Shown: positions 9,726-20,419, counted from the first letter of the stretch. The stretch is 64,000 bases of DNA from Candidatus Poribacteria bacterium (GCA_965208325.1 OZ242326.1:1-64000), one strand, 5' to 3'. Translations and numbers: made by a program. Notes: a model not told the origin generated them from the sequence alone.

Positions 9726-11213
9726 TTACGATGTCCAATCGCGGGCGAATTGTACAAGTAACCGCGCTCCGTAACCGGATGCGCCCTTGGGTATATAAGA
9801 CGATCCCTCGACGCCCCATGCGGTGCCGGCAATATCAAGGTGAGCCCACGGATAACCACCCGCGAATTTTTTCAAGAAAACCGCGCCGGCAATTGTCCCC
9901 GCCGTGCCGTCGCCGATATTTTGGACATCAGCGACGTTACTTTTTATCCCCTCGTCGTAATCCTCCCACAAAGGCAGTTGCCACACCCGTTCGTGGGTTT
10001 TATCGGCAGCGTGTTTAATCTTCTCGATTAGATTGTCATCCGTTCCCAATAACCCAGCTGCGAAATGCCCCAACGCCGTGACAACAGCTCCGGTGAGCGT
10101 CGCAAGGTCGATTACTGCCTTGGGGTCATACTTGGCGGCATAACCTAGTGCATCTGCCAGCACCAAGCGTCCTTCGGCATCCGTGTTTAGGATTTCAATT
10201 GTTTTGCCAGCGTACGATGTAACAACATCTCCCGGTTTTTGGGCGGTACCGCTGGGCAAATTTTCAGTGGCGGCAATTAATCCCACGACATGGAGATTCG
10301 GTCTAAGCCTGCCGATTGCCTGCATGGCGCCAAGCACTGCCGCCGCGCCGGACATATCGTGTTTCATTTCGTCCATGCCGCGGCTCGGTTTGAGCGACAA
10401 CCCGCCGCTGTCGAAAGTAATCCCTTTACCAACATAGACAACGGAGTCTTTTACATCGCCTTCAGGGAAATGTTCTAGGATAATGAACCTCGGCTCTTCC
10501 TGGCTTCCTTGAGCCACGCCAACTAATGCACCGAACCCTTTTTCCTTAAGTTCTGCTAGCTCAAGAATCTCGCACTTCAATCCCGTTGTGTCCGCTACGG
10601 TTTTGGCTTTGTCTGCGAGCATCGTGGGCGTCAGATAGTTCGCCGGCTGATTGCTCAGGTCACGTGCAAGTATGGTTCCCTGCGCAATGATTTCGCCAAT
10701 TTCGATAGCCTGCTCGGCGGCAGGCAGGGAATCTTCATCATCCACAATAATCGTGATCGCCTCTAACGCCTTAATCTTGTCTAGGTCTTGCGTCTTGTGC
10801 AAGTTGAATTGGTACAACCCCAACAAGAAGCCTTCAATTATAGCTTGTATAATCCCCTCTGGCGTATCTGGGGGCAATGGAATGGCGAACGTCTTCGCTC
10901 CTAAATCTCGGATTGACTGCGCTATTTTGGCCGCGGCTTGACGCGCTTTTTCCGGATTGAAATTTTCCGATTTTCCGAGACCGACTAACCCAATACGCGG
11001 CGCAGCGATGGCACCTCTTGTGTAGAGTAGGCTCGTTTGTTTGAGCTCACCCTTAAAGTCGCCGGATTCAAACAACTCACCGATTGCCCCGTCCATTGCA
11101 GCATCGGCAGCCTGCGGCGCTCCGTCTAGCGACGTGCCGCCTTCAAAGATTCCGAAGGCGATAGCATCAACCTTTTCTGTTTTAAAATCTCCAACTTTAG
11201 CATGTATGTTCAT
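9726..11213 (-). CDS. pepA: Leucyl aminopeptidase (M17)
   Basis: VGKGITFDSGG, MKHDMSGAA, NTDAEGRLVLAD, ATLTGA, HLDIAG; start MNIHAK at 11213 with AGGAG RBS. Confidence 0.95.
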   Translation of the reverse strand: MNIHAKVGDFKTEKVDAIAFGIFEGGTSLDGAPQAADAAMDGAIGELFESGDFKGELKQTSLLYTRGAIAAPRIGLVGLGKSENFNPEKARQAAAKIAQSIRDLGAKTFAIPLPPDTPEGIIQAIIEGFLLGLYQFNLHKTQDLDKIKALEAITIIVDDEDSLPAAEQAIEIGEIIAQGTILARDLSNQPANYLTPTMLADKAKTVADTTGLKCEILELAELKEKGFGALVGVAQGSQEEPRFIILEHFPEGDVKDSVVYVGKGITFDSGGLSLKPSRGMDEMKHDMSGAAAVLGAMQAIGRLRPNLHVVGLIAATENLPSGTAQKPGDVVTSYAGKTIEILNTDAEGRLVLADALGYAAKYDPKAVIDLATLTGAVVTALGHFAAGLLGTDDNLIEKIKHAADKTHERVWQLPLWEDYDEGIKSNVADVQNIGDGTAGTIAGAVFLKKFAGGYPWAHLDIAGTAWGVEGSSYIPKGASGYGARLLVQFARDWTS

Positions 11214-11535
11214 TGATAATCTCCTACAAGACTCGTACGAATGATTCTTGATTCTAACCGGATGGCAACGGAATACCGCGGCAGATTGAAACATTCCACC
11301 GCGGCCAACCGCAATTATAGTCTATCAGAATTTTTTCGTAACATCAATGTCAACATTTGCGGACGCCAAAAATTAAACGTGCAGCGATTTTCCCTGGCGT
11401 CAATCTCAAAGCCATACATTGATGGGCAGGCGGGGAAATAGTGGTGCTCGCCGCAGAGGAATTTTCTATTCCGTTAACCTCGGCGCGCTTCTATTTCTGT
11501 CAAACGCGCTTAACATTTCCCTAACTAAAATGCAA

Positions 11536-11565
11536 TTGACACTCAAGAAGATGCTGTGATAAACT
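11536..11565 (+). promoter_or_regulatory. Sigma70-type promoter
   Basis: TTGACA-18 bp-TAAACT with extended -10 TG. Confidence 0.5.
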
Positions 11566-11588
11566 GTCTCAAGATGGAGGGTTGAACA

Positions 11589-11927
11589 ATGGAGATTGAA
11601 GTCAAATACCATAAAGACGACGCTATTTTGAGGCTTTCAGGCGACATACTTGGGGATGATCGAATCGAGTTAAACGAAAAAATTCAGGAACTTGCCGACA
11701 AGGGCTCAAAAGATATTGTATTAAATCTCAAAGCGGTTGGATTGATGGATAGCGTTGGATTGGGTATGATTGTTGCTTGCCACACGTCCCTAGCACGGCG
11801 GCAGATTCGGCTTGTATTATCAGACGTTGGCAAATCAGTTAAGTACCTGCTAACTATCACCAAACTGGCGCCGGTTTTCGAATTGTACGAGACTGAAGAC
11901 GATGCGCTAGCCAGCCTGCAATCATAA
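11589..11927 (+). CDS. STAS-domain anti-sigma factor antagonist (RsbV/SpoIIAA-like)
   Basis: LNLKAVGLMDSVGLG (phosphorylatable Ser), LTITKL, FELYETEDDAL; GGAGG RBS. Confidence 0.9.
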   Translation: MEIEVKYHKDDAILRLSGDILGDDRIELNEKIQELADKGSKDIVLNLKAVGLMDSVGLGMIVACHTSLARRQIRLVLSDVGKSVKYLLTITKLAPVFELYETEDDALASLQS

Positions 11928-12173
11928 GAATGCGTCATATTGGCAGCAACTAGAAAACGCGGCTTTGTCAATTTGACATTTCCCGATACATATAGGCACG
12001 CATGTTTCACCTATTTGTGAGAGAAAGCGCTGCGGAGGCATTTCGAAGTTGCCAATGGATGCATTCGGACGTGGTCTTGAGTCGGCGTGGACTCTGGATT
12101 GAAGTTAATGAAACATCAGGGATTTTCAAACGGCCTCTGCGCGTCCCAATTCTGCCTTTGACGATAATCCTGT

Positions 12174-12188
12174 TGGCACAGAAATTGC
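12174..12188 (+). promoter_or_regulatory. Sigma54 (-24/-12) promoter
   Basis: TGGCAC-AGAAA-TTGC, an exact match to TGGCAC-N5-TTGC, in the intergenic region upstream of the response regulator. Confidence 0.65.
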
Positions 12189-12376
12189 GGCATACCGCTC
12201 CAATGTAAACCACGTTAATGCTTTCAGTTAAACCGAATCTTTAAACCGGAAGCATTAGAAAATGCGAAAGATTGGAAGCTCAAATGGATTGGCTTGGCGG
12301 GATTTAAGAAGAATTTCTCTAGAGTCCCAATCTTTGCCTGAACGCATTGCGTGCTATAGTAAAAGGGGGGCAAGTC

Positions 12377-12838
12377 GTGGTCGGTCAAATCAATCAAATT
12401 CTGTTGGTCGATGATGACATCTCCTCGTTGCGCGTGTTATGCGAGGTGTTGAAGCGCGCCGGTTATCGGACTGTGTCCGCAAAGAACGGATTTGAAGCTA
12501 TTCAGCGGGTGGAGGCGAATGTGGTCAATCTTGCCATCCTCGACTTCGATCTCCCGGACACAACGGGTTTGGACTTACTGCAGCAGATTAAACACTTGCA
12601 ACCCGGTGTGCCAGTCATCATTATGAGTGCAAACACGTCGTATGGACTAAAGCTTGATGCCTTTGAGGCTGGCGCTTTTACGTTTATTGCAAAACCGATC
12701 AAATTGCCGCAATTACTGCAGTTTGTTTCGCGAGCCTTAGATTATCAGCGGCGAGGTGCAGCGGTTTCCCGCGCCGCGGCTCGTACGGTTCAGGTGAAGA
12801 AGTCGTTTTTCATGCGTTGGATTCGGATAATCAGATGA
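12377..12838 (+). CDS. Single-domain response regulator (receiver) with basic C-terminal tail; start uncertain
   Basis: ILLVDDD, AILDFDLP (phospho-Asp), IIMSA, FIAKP. Confidence 0.85.
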   Translation: MVGQINQILLVDDDISSLRVLCEVLKRAGYRTVSAKNGFEAIQRVEANVVNLAILDFDLPDTTGLDLLQQIKHLQPGVPVIIMSANTSYGLKLDAFEAGAFTFIAKPIKLPQLLQFVSRALDYQRRGAAVSRAAARTVQVKKSFFMRWIRIIR

Positions 12839-12935
12839 CGAAATCAAAGTATCGTTCACAAAAGTTTGCTTTCGCACAACAGACACGTTAAACACATTAA
12901 ATTAAAACACTTATGTTTTGAAGGGGGATTTTAAA

Positions 12936-14879
12936 ATGAGCAAAGTCATCGGTATTGATTTAGGTACAACAAATTCGTGCGTCGCGATTTTGGAGGGCGG
13001 CGATCCCAAAGTTATAGAAAACACCGAAGGCACGCGAACAACCCCATCTGTCGTGGCATTCACGAAGGATGGAGAGCGGTTGGTTGGACAGGTGGCGAAA
13101 CGCCAAGGAATTACCAACCCAAAACATACTATATTCTCCATTAAGCGGTTCATGGGAAGGAAATACGGCGAGGTTGGGGAAGAACTTAATCGTATTCCTT
13201 ACGAAGTCGCAAGCGGCAAGAACGGCGATTTAGCTGTCAAAATCCAAGATAGAGATTACTCGCCGCCCGAGATTTCTGCAATGGTACTCCAAAAGATGAA
13301 AGAGACCGCGGAAAATTACCTCGGTGAAAAAGTCGATCGGGCTGTAATTACCGTACCAGCCTATTTCAACGACTCGCAGCGGCAAGCCACAAAAGACGCC
13401 GGTAAAATTGCCGGTTTGGAGGTGATGCGGATTATCAACGAACCTACGGCTGCATCATTGGCTTATGGGCTCCAAAACAAAAAAGATTTGAAAATTGCTG
13501 TTTATGACCTCGGCGGCGGCACATTTGACATCTCTATCCTGGAGATTGGCGAGGGTGTCTTTGAAGTGAAAAGTACTAACGGCGACACCCATCTCGGCGG
13601 GGACGATTTCGATCAAAAAATCATTGACTGGCTCGCAGACGAGTTTCAGCGCGATCAGGGGATAGACTTAAGAAAAGATACGATGGCGCTGCAAAGGCTG
13701 AAAGAAGCCGCGGAAAAGGCGAAATGTGAACTGTCTAGCGCTATGCAAACAGATGTTAATTTGCCTTTCATCACAGCGGATGCGAGCGGCCCCAAACATC
13801 TGAACGTGCCGCTGACCCGCGCAAAATTAGAACAACTCACTGATGATCTCATTGAGCGAACGCTTGAACCTTGTAGAAAAGCCATTGCCGATGCAGATTT
13901 GTCCGCCGCAGGTATTGATGAAGTTATCTTGGTCGGCGGTCAAACTCGGATGCCCAAAGTCCAGGAGGCGGTGGAAAAACTTTTTGGTAGAGAGCCGAAT
14001 AAGGGCGTAAATCCGGATGAGGTTGTTGCGGTGGGCGCCGGTATTCAAGGCGGCATTCTCTCCGGCGATTCCGAGGTTAAAGACATCTTGCTGCTTGATG
14101 TCACACCGTTATCGTTGGGAATTGAGACGCTCGGCGGTATGTTCACGAAATTAATCGAGCGGAACACGACTATTCCTACGCGGAAATCCCAAATTTTTAC
14201 AACGCCGGAAGACAATCAGTCCTCTGTGGATGTGCATGTTTTGCAGGGTGAACGCGAACAAGCAGTCTACAACAAGACGATTGGCCGGTTCCGATTAGAT
14301 GGTATTCCGCCTGCGCCGCGCGGCATGCCGCAGATCGAAGTGACATTTGACATTGATGCGAACGGAATCCTCAACGTCTCGGCAAAAGACCTCGCAACGG
14401 GTAAGGAGCAGAAGATTACCATTACGGCGTCCTCGGGGCTTTCCGAAACAGAAATCGAACAGATGGTAAAGGATGCGGAAGCCCACGCCGACGAGGATCA
14501 GCGAAAACGCGAAGAGTTTGAGGTACGCCATAGGGGCGACTCGCTTGTATATGAAACAGAGAAAAATCTCAATGAGTTCAGCGATAAGATAGATGCTGCC
14601 GTGAAAAGTCAGGTGGAGGCTGCTGTCGAACGGCTCAAGGAAGCCTTAAAAGCGGACAGCATTGAAGTCATCAAATCTGCAACTGAGGACTTGACACAGG
14701 TATGGCATCAGGCGGCGGCTGAACTCTACAAGCAGGCGGGTCCGACAGAAGGAGAATCTTCTTCAGAGCCTCCGCCTTATCGAAGTGCTCCGACTGATGA
14801 GGGTGGGCCCACATCTTCATCAACCGAAGGCGAAGTCATCGACGCGGATTACGAAGTTGTGGACGAGGAGAAAAAGTAA
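12936..14879 (+). CDS. dnaK: Chaperone DnaK (Hsp70)
   Basis: [46 protein letters not shown]-terminal [10 protein letters not shown]. Confidence 0.98.
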   Translation: MSKVIGIDLGTTNSCVAILEGGDPKVIENTEGTRTTPSVVAFTKDGERLVGQVAKRQGITNPKHTIFSIKRFMGRKYGEVGEELNRIPYEVASGKNGDLAVKIQDRDYSPPEISAMVLQKMKETAENYLGEKVDRAVITVPAYFNDSQRQATKDAGKIAGLEVMRIINEPTAASLAYGLQNKKDLKIAVYDLGGGTFDISILEIGEGVFEVKSTNGDTHLGGDDFDQKIIDWLADEFQRDQGIDLRKDTMALQRLKEAAEKAKCELSSAMQTDVNLPFITADASGPKHLNVPLTRAKLEQLTDDLIERTLEPCRKAIADADLSAAGIDEVILVGGQTRMPKVQEAVEKLFGREPNKGVNPDEVVAVGAGIQGGILSGDSEVKDILLLDVTPLSLGIETLGGMFTKLIERNTTIPTRKSQIFTTPEDNQSSVDVHVLQGEREQAVYNKTIGRFRLDGIPPAPRGMPQIEVTFDIDANGILNVSAKDLATGKEQKITITASSGLSETEIEQMVKDAEAHADEDQRKREEFEVRHRGDSLVYETEKNLNEFSDKIDAAVKSQVEAAVERLKEALKADSIEVIKSATEDLTQVWHQAAAELYKQAGPTEGESSSEPPPYRSAPTDEGGPTSSSTEGEVIDADYEVVDEEKK

Positions 14880-15157
14880 CAATAATTTTTCGCAACGGGT
14901 TTATTGTCAACTTGATTTTTTACCTCACACGCTTTTCTTCTGCGAACGAATATATTTCGCTTGAAAAAATGGTCAAAACTTGTCTTAACGCTAGAACCTG
15001 TATTGGAATTGTGAGTATGCACTCTCTCAAAATTTGAGGAGTTATAGTATATCCGAATTGCCTAGACTTAGTTTTTCGTTGACATCCTGTCGAGGTTTAG
15101 GTGATTAATTTTGGCAGACAACAATTGGCCGATATTTCCAGGGAGGCAACAATCACA

Positions 15158-15430
15158 ATGGAAACCCATCTATTCACCCTCATTCCCCCAGCGATTATCA
15201 TTGCTGTGATATTCGTCACTAACAACCTGACAAATAAACGTATGGACGGCTTAAGCACCAGCTTAAATAATAGGATTGACGATTTACGGTCGCAGATGCA
15301 ACGTGAACATGACGTGCTAGGCAAGAAAGTTGATGAGATGAATTCCATTCTCTTGAAGCATGTTACCGACCTTAGTCTACATGCGTCCGCCGCCCTACCT
15401 AAAACAATCCCGGATAAAGACATGGAATAG
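15158..15430 (+). CDS. Small membrane-anchored coiled-coil protein (90 aa)
   Basis: GGGAGG RBS, ATG at 15158; hydrophobic LIPPAIIIAVIFV, coiled coil NKRMDGL..NRIDDLRSQM, C-terminal KHVTDLSLH. Confidence 0.7.
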   Translation: METHLFTLIPPAIIIAVIFVTNNLTNKRMDGLSTSLNNRIDDLRSQMQREHDVLGKKVDEMNSILLKHVTDLSLHASAALPKTIPDKDME

Positions 15431-15720
15431 TTGTCAATTCCTTGATGATTGTATTTCCAACACGCTTCAGGTAGGTATAGCGAGGCGAATTTATTTGATT
15501 TGTGTGACGGCTGTTGCTCCATGCCCATTTCACCAGTAGCCAGAATCCTTCGATGGCGTTGGTGTATACCTCTCCATTCACATAGTTGTATTTTTACGCC
15601 GAATTACGCAGTGATTCATAACCCGTTGCATACCCAAATAATCCTTGTGTTCATAGGTCATAAGGGTTAACCCTCCGCGCACGATACGCATGAGAAACTT
15701 GATGCTTGATTTACAATATT
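15431..15720 (-). pseudogene. IS1595-family (ISXO2-like DDE) transposase remnant: C-terminal part, frameshifted
   Basis: Successive reading-frame segments: LTLMTYEHKDYLGMQRVMNHCVI / YVNGEVYTNAIEGFWLLVKWAW / HKSNKFASLYLPEACWKYNH. These match the IS1595 pattern TDE..Y..H..H..YV.G..HTN.IEGFW..LKR..H..S.K.L..YL.E..WRYN. Confidence 0.8.
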
Positions 15721-15782
15721 TCGCATGACAATTCAAACGTCCTGAAGAGACAAGGCTAAAATATAATGAGGTTACATCGCCG

Positions 15783-15812
15783 AAAAGGCTAGGATTAATC
15801 CTAGCCTTTTTT
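15783..15812. terminator. Perfect 28-bp palindrome with flanking A/T runs, probable bidirectional intrinsic terminator
   Basis: AAAAGGCTAGGATTAATCCTAGCCTTTT followed by further Ts. Confidence 0.55.
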
Positions 15813-15885
15813 ATTTTCATTTATGACACTTCGTAAACAGCCTCTTTTGAAACGCAGGATTCGATGAAACAGATTTGGCAGATTA

Positions 15886-15914
15886 TTGACTTGTTAATCA
15901 AGACGCGGTATACT
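15886..15914 (+). promoter_or_regulatory. Sigma70-type promoter
   Basis: TTGACT-17 bp-TATACT upstream of the DUF4416 gene. Confidence 0.55.
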
Positions 15915-16006
15915 AATCATCAACGCAAAGGATTACATAGTATTTTAAAGCCTGAAGCGCGTGAAGTGAGGGATTCCCCTTTATCCAAACTGAAATGGGC
16001 GTTCGT

Positions 16007-16564
16007 ATGGGTCAGATTAGACCTTGCCAACCTGTTAAACTCATTTTCGGCGTCATTACGGGAATCCCGGATCTGCTAGAAGGGGTATACGGGCGCATTT
16101 CAGATCGATTTGGGCAGATTGATTACACCAGCCCCCTACTTCCATTCAATCATACGACCTATTATGATGATGAAATGGGAAAAGGTCTGCATCGCCAGTT
16201 CGTGAGTTTTGAACAGTTAATTCCACCCGACGATCTTTCCTCGACTAAACTTTTTGCTAATGCCATTGAAAGTGAAATTGTGCGAGCCGATACAGAATCC
16301 CGCCAGGTGAATCTTGACCCCGGTTATATTTCATCGTCCAAACTAGTGCTCGCTTCGACAAAAGATCACGCACACCGCATCTATCTTCAACGCGGAATAT
16401 ACGCGGAAATTACGCTGCGATTTCACTGTAAAACCTTTCATGCCTGGGAATGGACGTATCCTGATTATCAGACACAGGCCTACATCGACATCTTTAACCA
16501 CATTCGCGGCATCTACATGTCGCAAATCCGATCCAGCGGTGTGGGTACAGTCCGGATTCAATAA
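16007..16564 (+). CDS. DUF4416 family protein
   Basis: F.HT.YY..EMG, RQVNLDPGY, LVLASTKDHAHRIYL..GIYAEITL, WTYPDY. Confidence 0.88.
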   Translation: MGQIRPCQPVKLIFGVITGIPDLLEGVYGRISDRFGQIDYTSPLLPFNHTTYYDDEMGKGLHRQFVSFEQLIPPDDLSSTKLFANAIESEIVRADTESRQVNLDPGYISSSKLVLASTKDHAHRIYLQRGIYAEITLRFHCKTFHAWEWTYPDYQTQAYIDIFNHIRGIYMSQIRSSGVGTVRIQ

Positions 16565-16576
16565 TCGCAATCACTT

Positions 16577-18520
16577 ATGAAAACAGATAACCGCCGAATC
16601 GCCTTTGTGACATGCCTCTATATTGCTTCATTTGTTTGGGGCAGCCCACTAGCATTTTCTTGGGGCACTAACGCCCATAAAAGAATGACCGATGCTGCAT
16701 GTGACGCGTTGCCGCAAGAGATTAAAGGATTTTTTGCTGCGCACCGCAAAAAACTCGCTTTCCATTCAAACGATCCGGATCGATGGAAAAATGACGACCC
16801 TAACGAACGCCCCCGGCACTATATCGATATTGATATGTACGGAAATTATCCGTTTGAAGAACTACCCCGCAAATACGATGAGGCGGTTGAAAAATATGGC
16901 GTTGAAACAGTGACTGAACGCGGGCTTGCGCCGTGGCGCATCGAAGAATACAGTAATAAGCTGTCCGAATCTATGAAATCCGGCAATCTTGGAAAAATTG
17001 TGCAAGTTGCCGCTGCGCTCGCCCACTACGTCGAGGATATTCACATGCCGCTGCACGTGGTTGAAAATCACGACGGCCAGTTTACAAACCAGAAGGGAGT
17101 ACATGGACGCTTTGAGATTGACATGGTTGACGCGTATGCTTCGCAAATTCAGCTAGAACCAGATGAAGCAGAGGAGATTGAAGACCCGTTGGAACACGCC
17201 TTCGATATAATTCTCGATAGTTATGTCTATGCCGAAAATCTTTTGCGTTCAGATCGCCGGGCAAAGTCGGGAGAAACTGACTACGGCGAAGCCTATTTGG
17301 ATAAACTTTTCCGATTCGGCGGATGGATAGCGGAAAAACGCATGAACGACGCGTCAACAGCAACCGCAAGTTACTGGTACACGGCGTGGTTGCGCGCCGG
17401 CAAACCGGCGTTAATTAGCCCAAATTCCACTGCGGTTAAGACCGCGCCTGAAGGGCGATTCCGCGCACGCGAAATAGGCATCCACATCGGAATTTATGAA
17501 TCCGGCAGCAACAATGCCATCACGGATGTCGCAGGGGTGAAGGTTGGCCACGCCACGCTGAATTACGGCGATAGTGTACGGACGGGCGTCACAGCAGTTA
17601 TTCCGCACGACGATATATGGACCAAAAAGTTGTATGGCGCAAGCCACATTATTAATGGAAATGGAGAGGCAACGGGAACTGCGTGGATTAACGAAGCCGG
17701 ATGGATCGAGTCTCCCATAATGCTAACGAATACACTCAGTATCGGCCCCGTTCACAACGGCGTTGTACAGTACATGATTAAACGCTATCCAAAAAATCAC
17801 ATCATTCTACCAATTGTAGCCGAGTGTTACGATGGCGGGTTGAACGACATCAGCGGACTGAATGTCACGGCGGCACACGCAATCGAAGCGATTGAATATG
17901 CAACCGACGGTCCTGTCCCAGAGGGTTGCGTCGGTGCCGGAACCGGCATGCGGTGCTACGGATTTAAGGCGGGCATCGGTACGGCATCGCGTGTGCTGCC
18001 GGCGGATAAGGGCGGATATACCGTCGGCGTGCTAGTCAATTCCAACGGCGGGAGGCGAGCGCAACTTCGCATTGATGGTGTTCCAGTTGGCCAAGAGATT
18101 ACCGACTTTCAACCGGAATGGGGGCAGGACGGTTCATTCATCATCGTTATCGCGACGGATGCCCCGTTAGTCCACCGCCAGCTCTCTCATTTGGCGAAAC
18201 GGGGAGCGTTTGGGCTAACACGAACCGGCACGCCGAGCACGGTTAGCAGCGGCGAATTCGTCATCGCGTTCTCGACGGCTAACATAATCCCCCGCCGCAC
18301 TGAGAACGGTACGTTTCCTGTCGTGATGCTTGCGAACCACGCGATGAACGCCCTTTATCAAGCCGCCATTGAAGCTACCGAAGAGGCTATTATAAACTCT
18401 ATGACGGCGGCCGTAACAACCGTTGGACGAAACGGCAACACTATCCACGCTATCCCGTTGGACCGCTTAAAAGCGGCCATGAAAAAATATGGTTATCTAA
18501 CCCAAGAGTCGAACGACTGA
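16577..18520 (+). CDS. Secreted fusion: Zn-dependent phospholipase C/S1-P1 nuclease-like domain + DmpA (peptidase S58) Ntn-hydrolase domain
   Basis: Signal peptide, then WGTNAH, HYID, HYVEDIHMPLH, HGRFE. C-terminal half has NAITDVAGVKVGH, GAGTGM, FKAGIGTASR, DG/SFIIVIATDAP. Confidence 0.8.
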   Translation: MKTDNRRIAFVTCLYIASFVWGSPLAFSWGTNAHKRMTDAACDALPQEIKGFFAAHRKKLAFHSNDPDRWKNDDPNERPRHYIDIDMYGNYPFEELPRKYDEAVEKYGVETVTERGLAPWRIEEYSNKLSESMKSGNLGKIVQVAAALAHYVEDIHMPLHVVENHDGQFTNQKGVHGRFEIDMVDAYASQIQLEPDEAEEIEDPLEHAFDIILDSYVYAENLLRSDRRAKSGETDYGEAYLDKLFRFGGWIAEKRMNDASTATASYWYTAWLRAGKPALISPNSTAVKTAPEGRFRAREIGIHIGIYESGSNNAITDVAGVKVGHATLNYGDSVRTGVTAVIPHDDIWTKKLYGASHIINGNGEATGTAWINEAGWIESPIMLTNTLSIGPVHNGVVQYMIKRYPKNHIILPIVAECYDGGLNDISGLNVTAAHAIEAIEYATDGPVPEGCVGAGTGMRCYGFKAGIGTASRVLPADKGGYTVGVLVNSNGGRRAQLRIDGVPVGQEITDFQPEWGQDGSFIIVIATDAPLVHRQLSHLAKRGAFGLTRTGTPSTVSSGEFVIAFSTANIIPRRTENGTFPVVMLANHAMNALYQAAIEATEEAIINSMTAAVTTVGRNGNTIHAIPLDRLKAAMKKYGYLTQESND

Positions 18521-18557
18521 TAATTAGCTTCACATGTGAGTTGTTGAGGAGATTCAA

Positions 18558-20171
18558 TTGGAATCACAGTTGCAAGCGTTCATTGACCAATTGGCCGCAG
18601 AAATTGAACCTATTGAGAAGGCTTTGCACGAATACTATTGGGAGGCGAGCTTAACCGGCTCTGACGAGGCAACGCAGAAGGTTGCTGAATTTGAGACTCA
18701 ATACCGCCTCATTTTCTCGGATGGGACGCGCTTTAAGCGGTTGAAGGCCTTTCAAGAATCGAACCAAATTGTAACGCCTCAACTTCGGCGGCAGTTGCAC
18801 TTGCTCATCTTGGAATTTACCTCACATCAACTTCCGCCAGAGATGATAGAGGATTTGGTTAATCGCCAAACCGCCATTGAGCAGGTCTTCAATACCCATC
18901 GTGCGGTTGTTGATGGGGCTGAAATGACCGACAACGAAATCCTTGAGGTGCTGAAGAGGGAAGACCGAAACGAAAGACGCCGTGCGGTATGGGAAGGGAG
19001 CAAGCAAGTTGGAAGAAAAGTCGCAATGGACATCATTGCCTTAGCCCATCAACGCAATGAAGCTGCCCGCACAGTGGGGTTTGATGACTATTATCAGATG
19101 TCATTAAAGCTAAGTGAGGTGGATGAGGATGAACTCTTCCAAATTGTGAACCGATTGGAATCTTTGACCAACGAGCCGTTCCGGCGTGTGAAAGGAAATT
19201 TAGACCGAGAACTTGCTGCGCGTTTCGGAATTGCAGCAGAAAATCTCCGTCCTTGGCATTACGCTGATCCGTTCTTTCAAGAAGCGCCTGAAACGGGCGA
19301 AGTTAAATTTGATGCCGTATTTGCAGATTGCGATTTGGTGGCGGTAACGAGAGATTTCTTTAAGGGACTTGGGCTTTCCATTAACGATCTGATTGAGAAG
19401 AGCGATCTCTTTGAACGACCTCAGAAAGATCAACACGCCTTCTGCATTCATATAGACAGGAAGGGGGATGTGCGAGTCCTCGCGAACACAAGGCCGTCTA
19501 GAAGGTGGATGGAAACTCTGTTGCATGAATACGGACACGCGGTTTATGATAAATATTTGGATGCCGCACTTCCGTTCTTGCTGCGGGCGCCGTCGCACCT
19601 CATAACGACGGAAGCGATTGCGATGTTGATGGGAAGGTTAGCTCGAAATGCGGTCTGGCTGGACAAGACCTTCCATTTATCGCCTGAGCAGAAGGCTGCG
19701 ATTACAGCCAATGCCATCGAATCCTTCCGGCTAAGAACGCTTATCTTTGTGCGATGGGCGATGGTCATGATTCATTTCGAGCGCGAGTTCTACCGAAATC
19801 CGGATTGTGATGTGAACACGCTTTGGTGGAGCTTGGTTGAACGCTTCCAATTTGTAACACGGCCTGAAGGCCGGAACGAACCCGACTGGGCGGCGAAAAT
19901 TCACATTTCGGCTGCACCGGTGTATTACCATAATTATCTCTTGGGAGAAATGGTTGCGTCGCAACTCCAACACACAATTGATTGGGTAGTCCTCAATGGA
20001 CAAGGCGTTGAAGTGACAGGTTACATAAACAGCCCGTTAGTGGGCGATTTTTTACGTAAACACGTTTTCAAACCGGGGGCAAGCGTCCATTGGGGTGAAC
20101 TGATTAAGTGTGCAACCGGAGAATTACTCAACCCTCAATATCTTGTCGATCAGTTGCATATTGAAGATTAA
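18558..20171 (+). CDS. Zinc metallopeptidase, M2/M3 (gluzincin) family
   Basis: LRPWHY.DPFFQE, KDQHAFC, LLHEYGH (HEXXH), TEAIAM, KIHISAAPVYYHNY. Confidence 0.88.
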   Translation: MESQLQAFIDQLAAEIEPIEKALHEYYWEASLTGSDEATQKVAEFETQYRLIFSDGTRFKRLKAFQESNQIVTPQLRRQLHLLILEFTSHQLPPEMIEDLVNRQTAIEQVFNTHRAVVDGAEMTDNEILEVLKREDRNERRRAVWEGSKQVGRKVAMDIIALAHQRNEAARTVGFDDYYQMSLKLSEVDEDELFQIVNRLESLTNEPFRRVKGNLDRELAARFGIAAENLRPWHYADPFFQEAPETGEVKFDAVFADCDLVAVTRDFFKGLGLSINDLIEKSDLFERPQKDQHAFCIHIDRKGDVRVLANTRPSRRWMETLLHEYGHAVYDKYLDAALPFLLRAPSHLITTEAIAMLMGRLARNAVWLDKTFHLSPEQKAAITANAIESFRLRTLIFVRWAMVMIHFEREFYRNPDCDVNTLWWSLVERFQFVTRPEGRNEPDWAAKIHISAAPVYYHNYLLGEMVASQLQHTIDWVVLNGQGVEVTGYINSPLVGDFLRKHVFKPGASVHWGELIKCATGELLNPQYLVDQLHIED

Positions 20172-20348
20172 AATTAAATCCTAACTTTCACGAACGATTA
20201 TTCATACCCAATCCCTTGCTCCAAAGCTCCATTATTCATCCCTTTTCGGTTGGTATCCACTAATCGGTTCTGCCGCTTATTCCCGACTGGATTTTATGCT
20301 TCAATCTCATGACGAATTACCGGAAACTGAGTTAATGTGCAAATATAT

Positions 20349-20398
20349 TTGACTCCGCTGGTAATATATGTTATGATTAAACCTGACTAAATTAGTCA
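20349..20398 (+). promoter_or_regulatory. Sigma70 promoter plus palindromic Rrf2-type operator
   Basis: TTGACT-17 bp-TATGAT (20349-20377), then the perfect palindrome TGACTAA-A-TTAGTCA (20384-20398) at the predicted transcription start. Confidence 0.65.
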
Positions 20399-20419
20399 TC
20401 AATGTTGGAGTGGGAGAGC

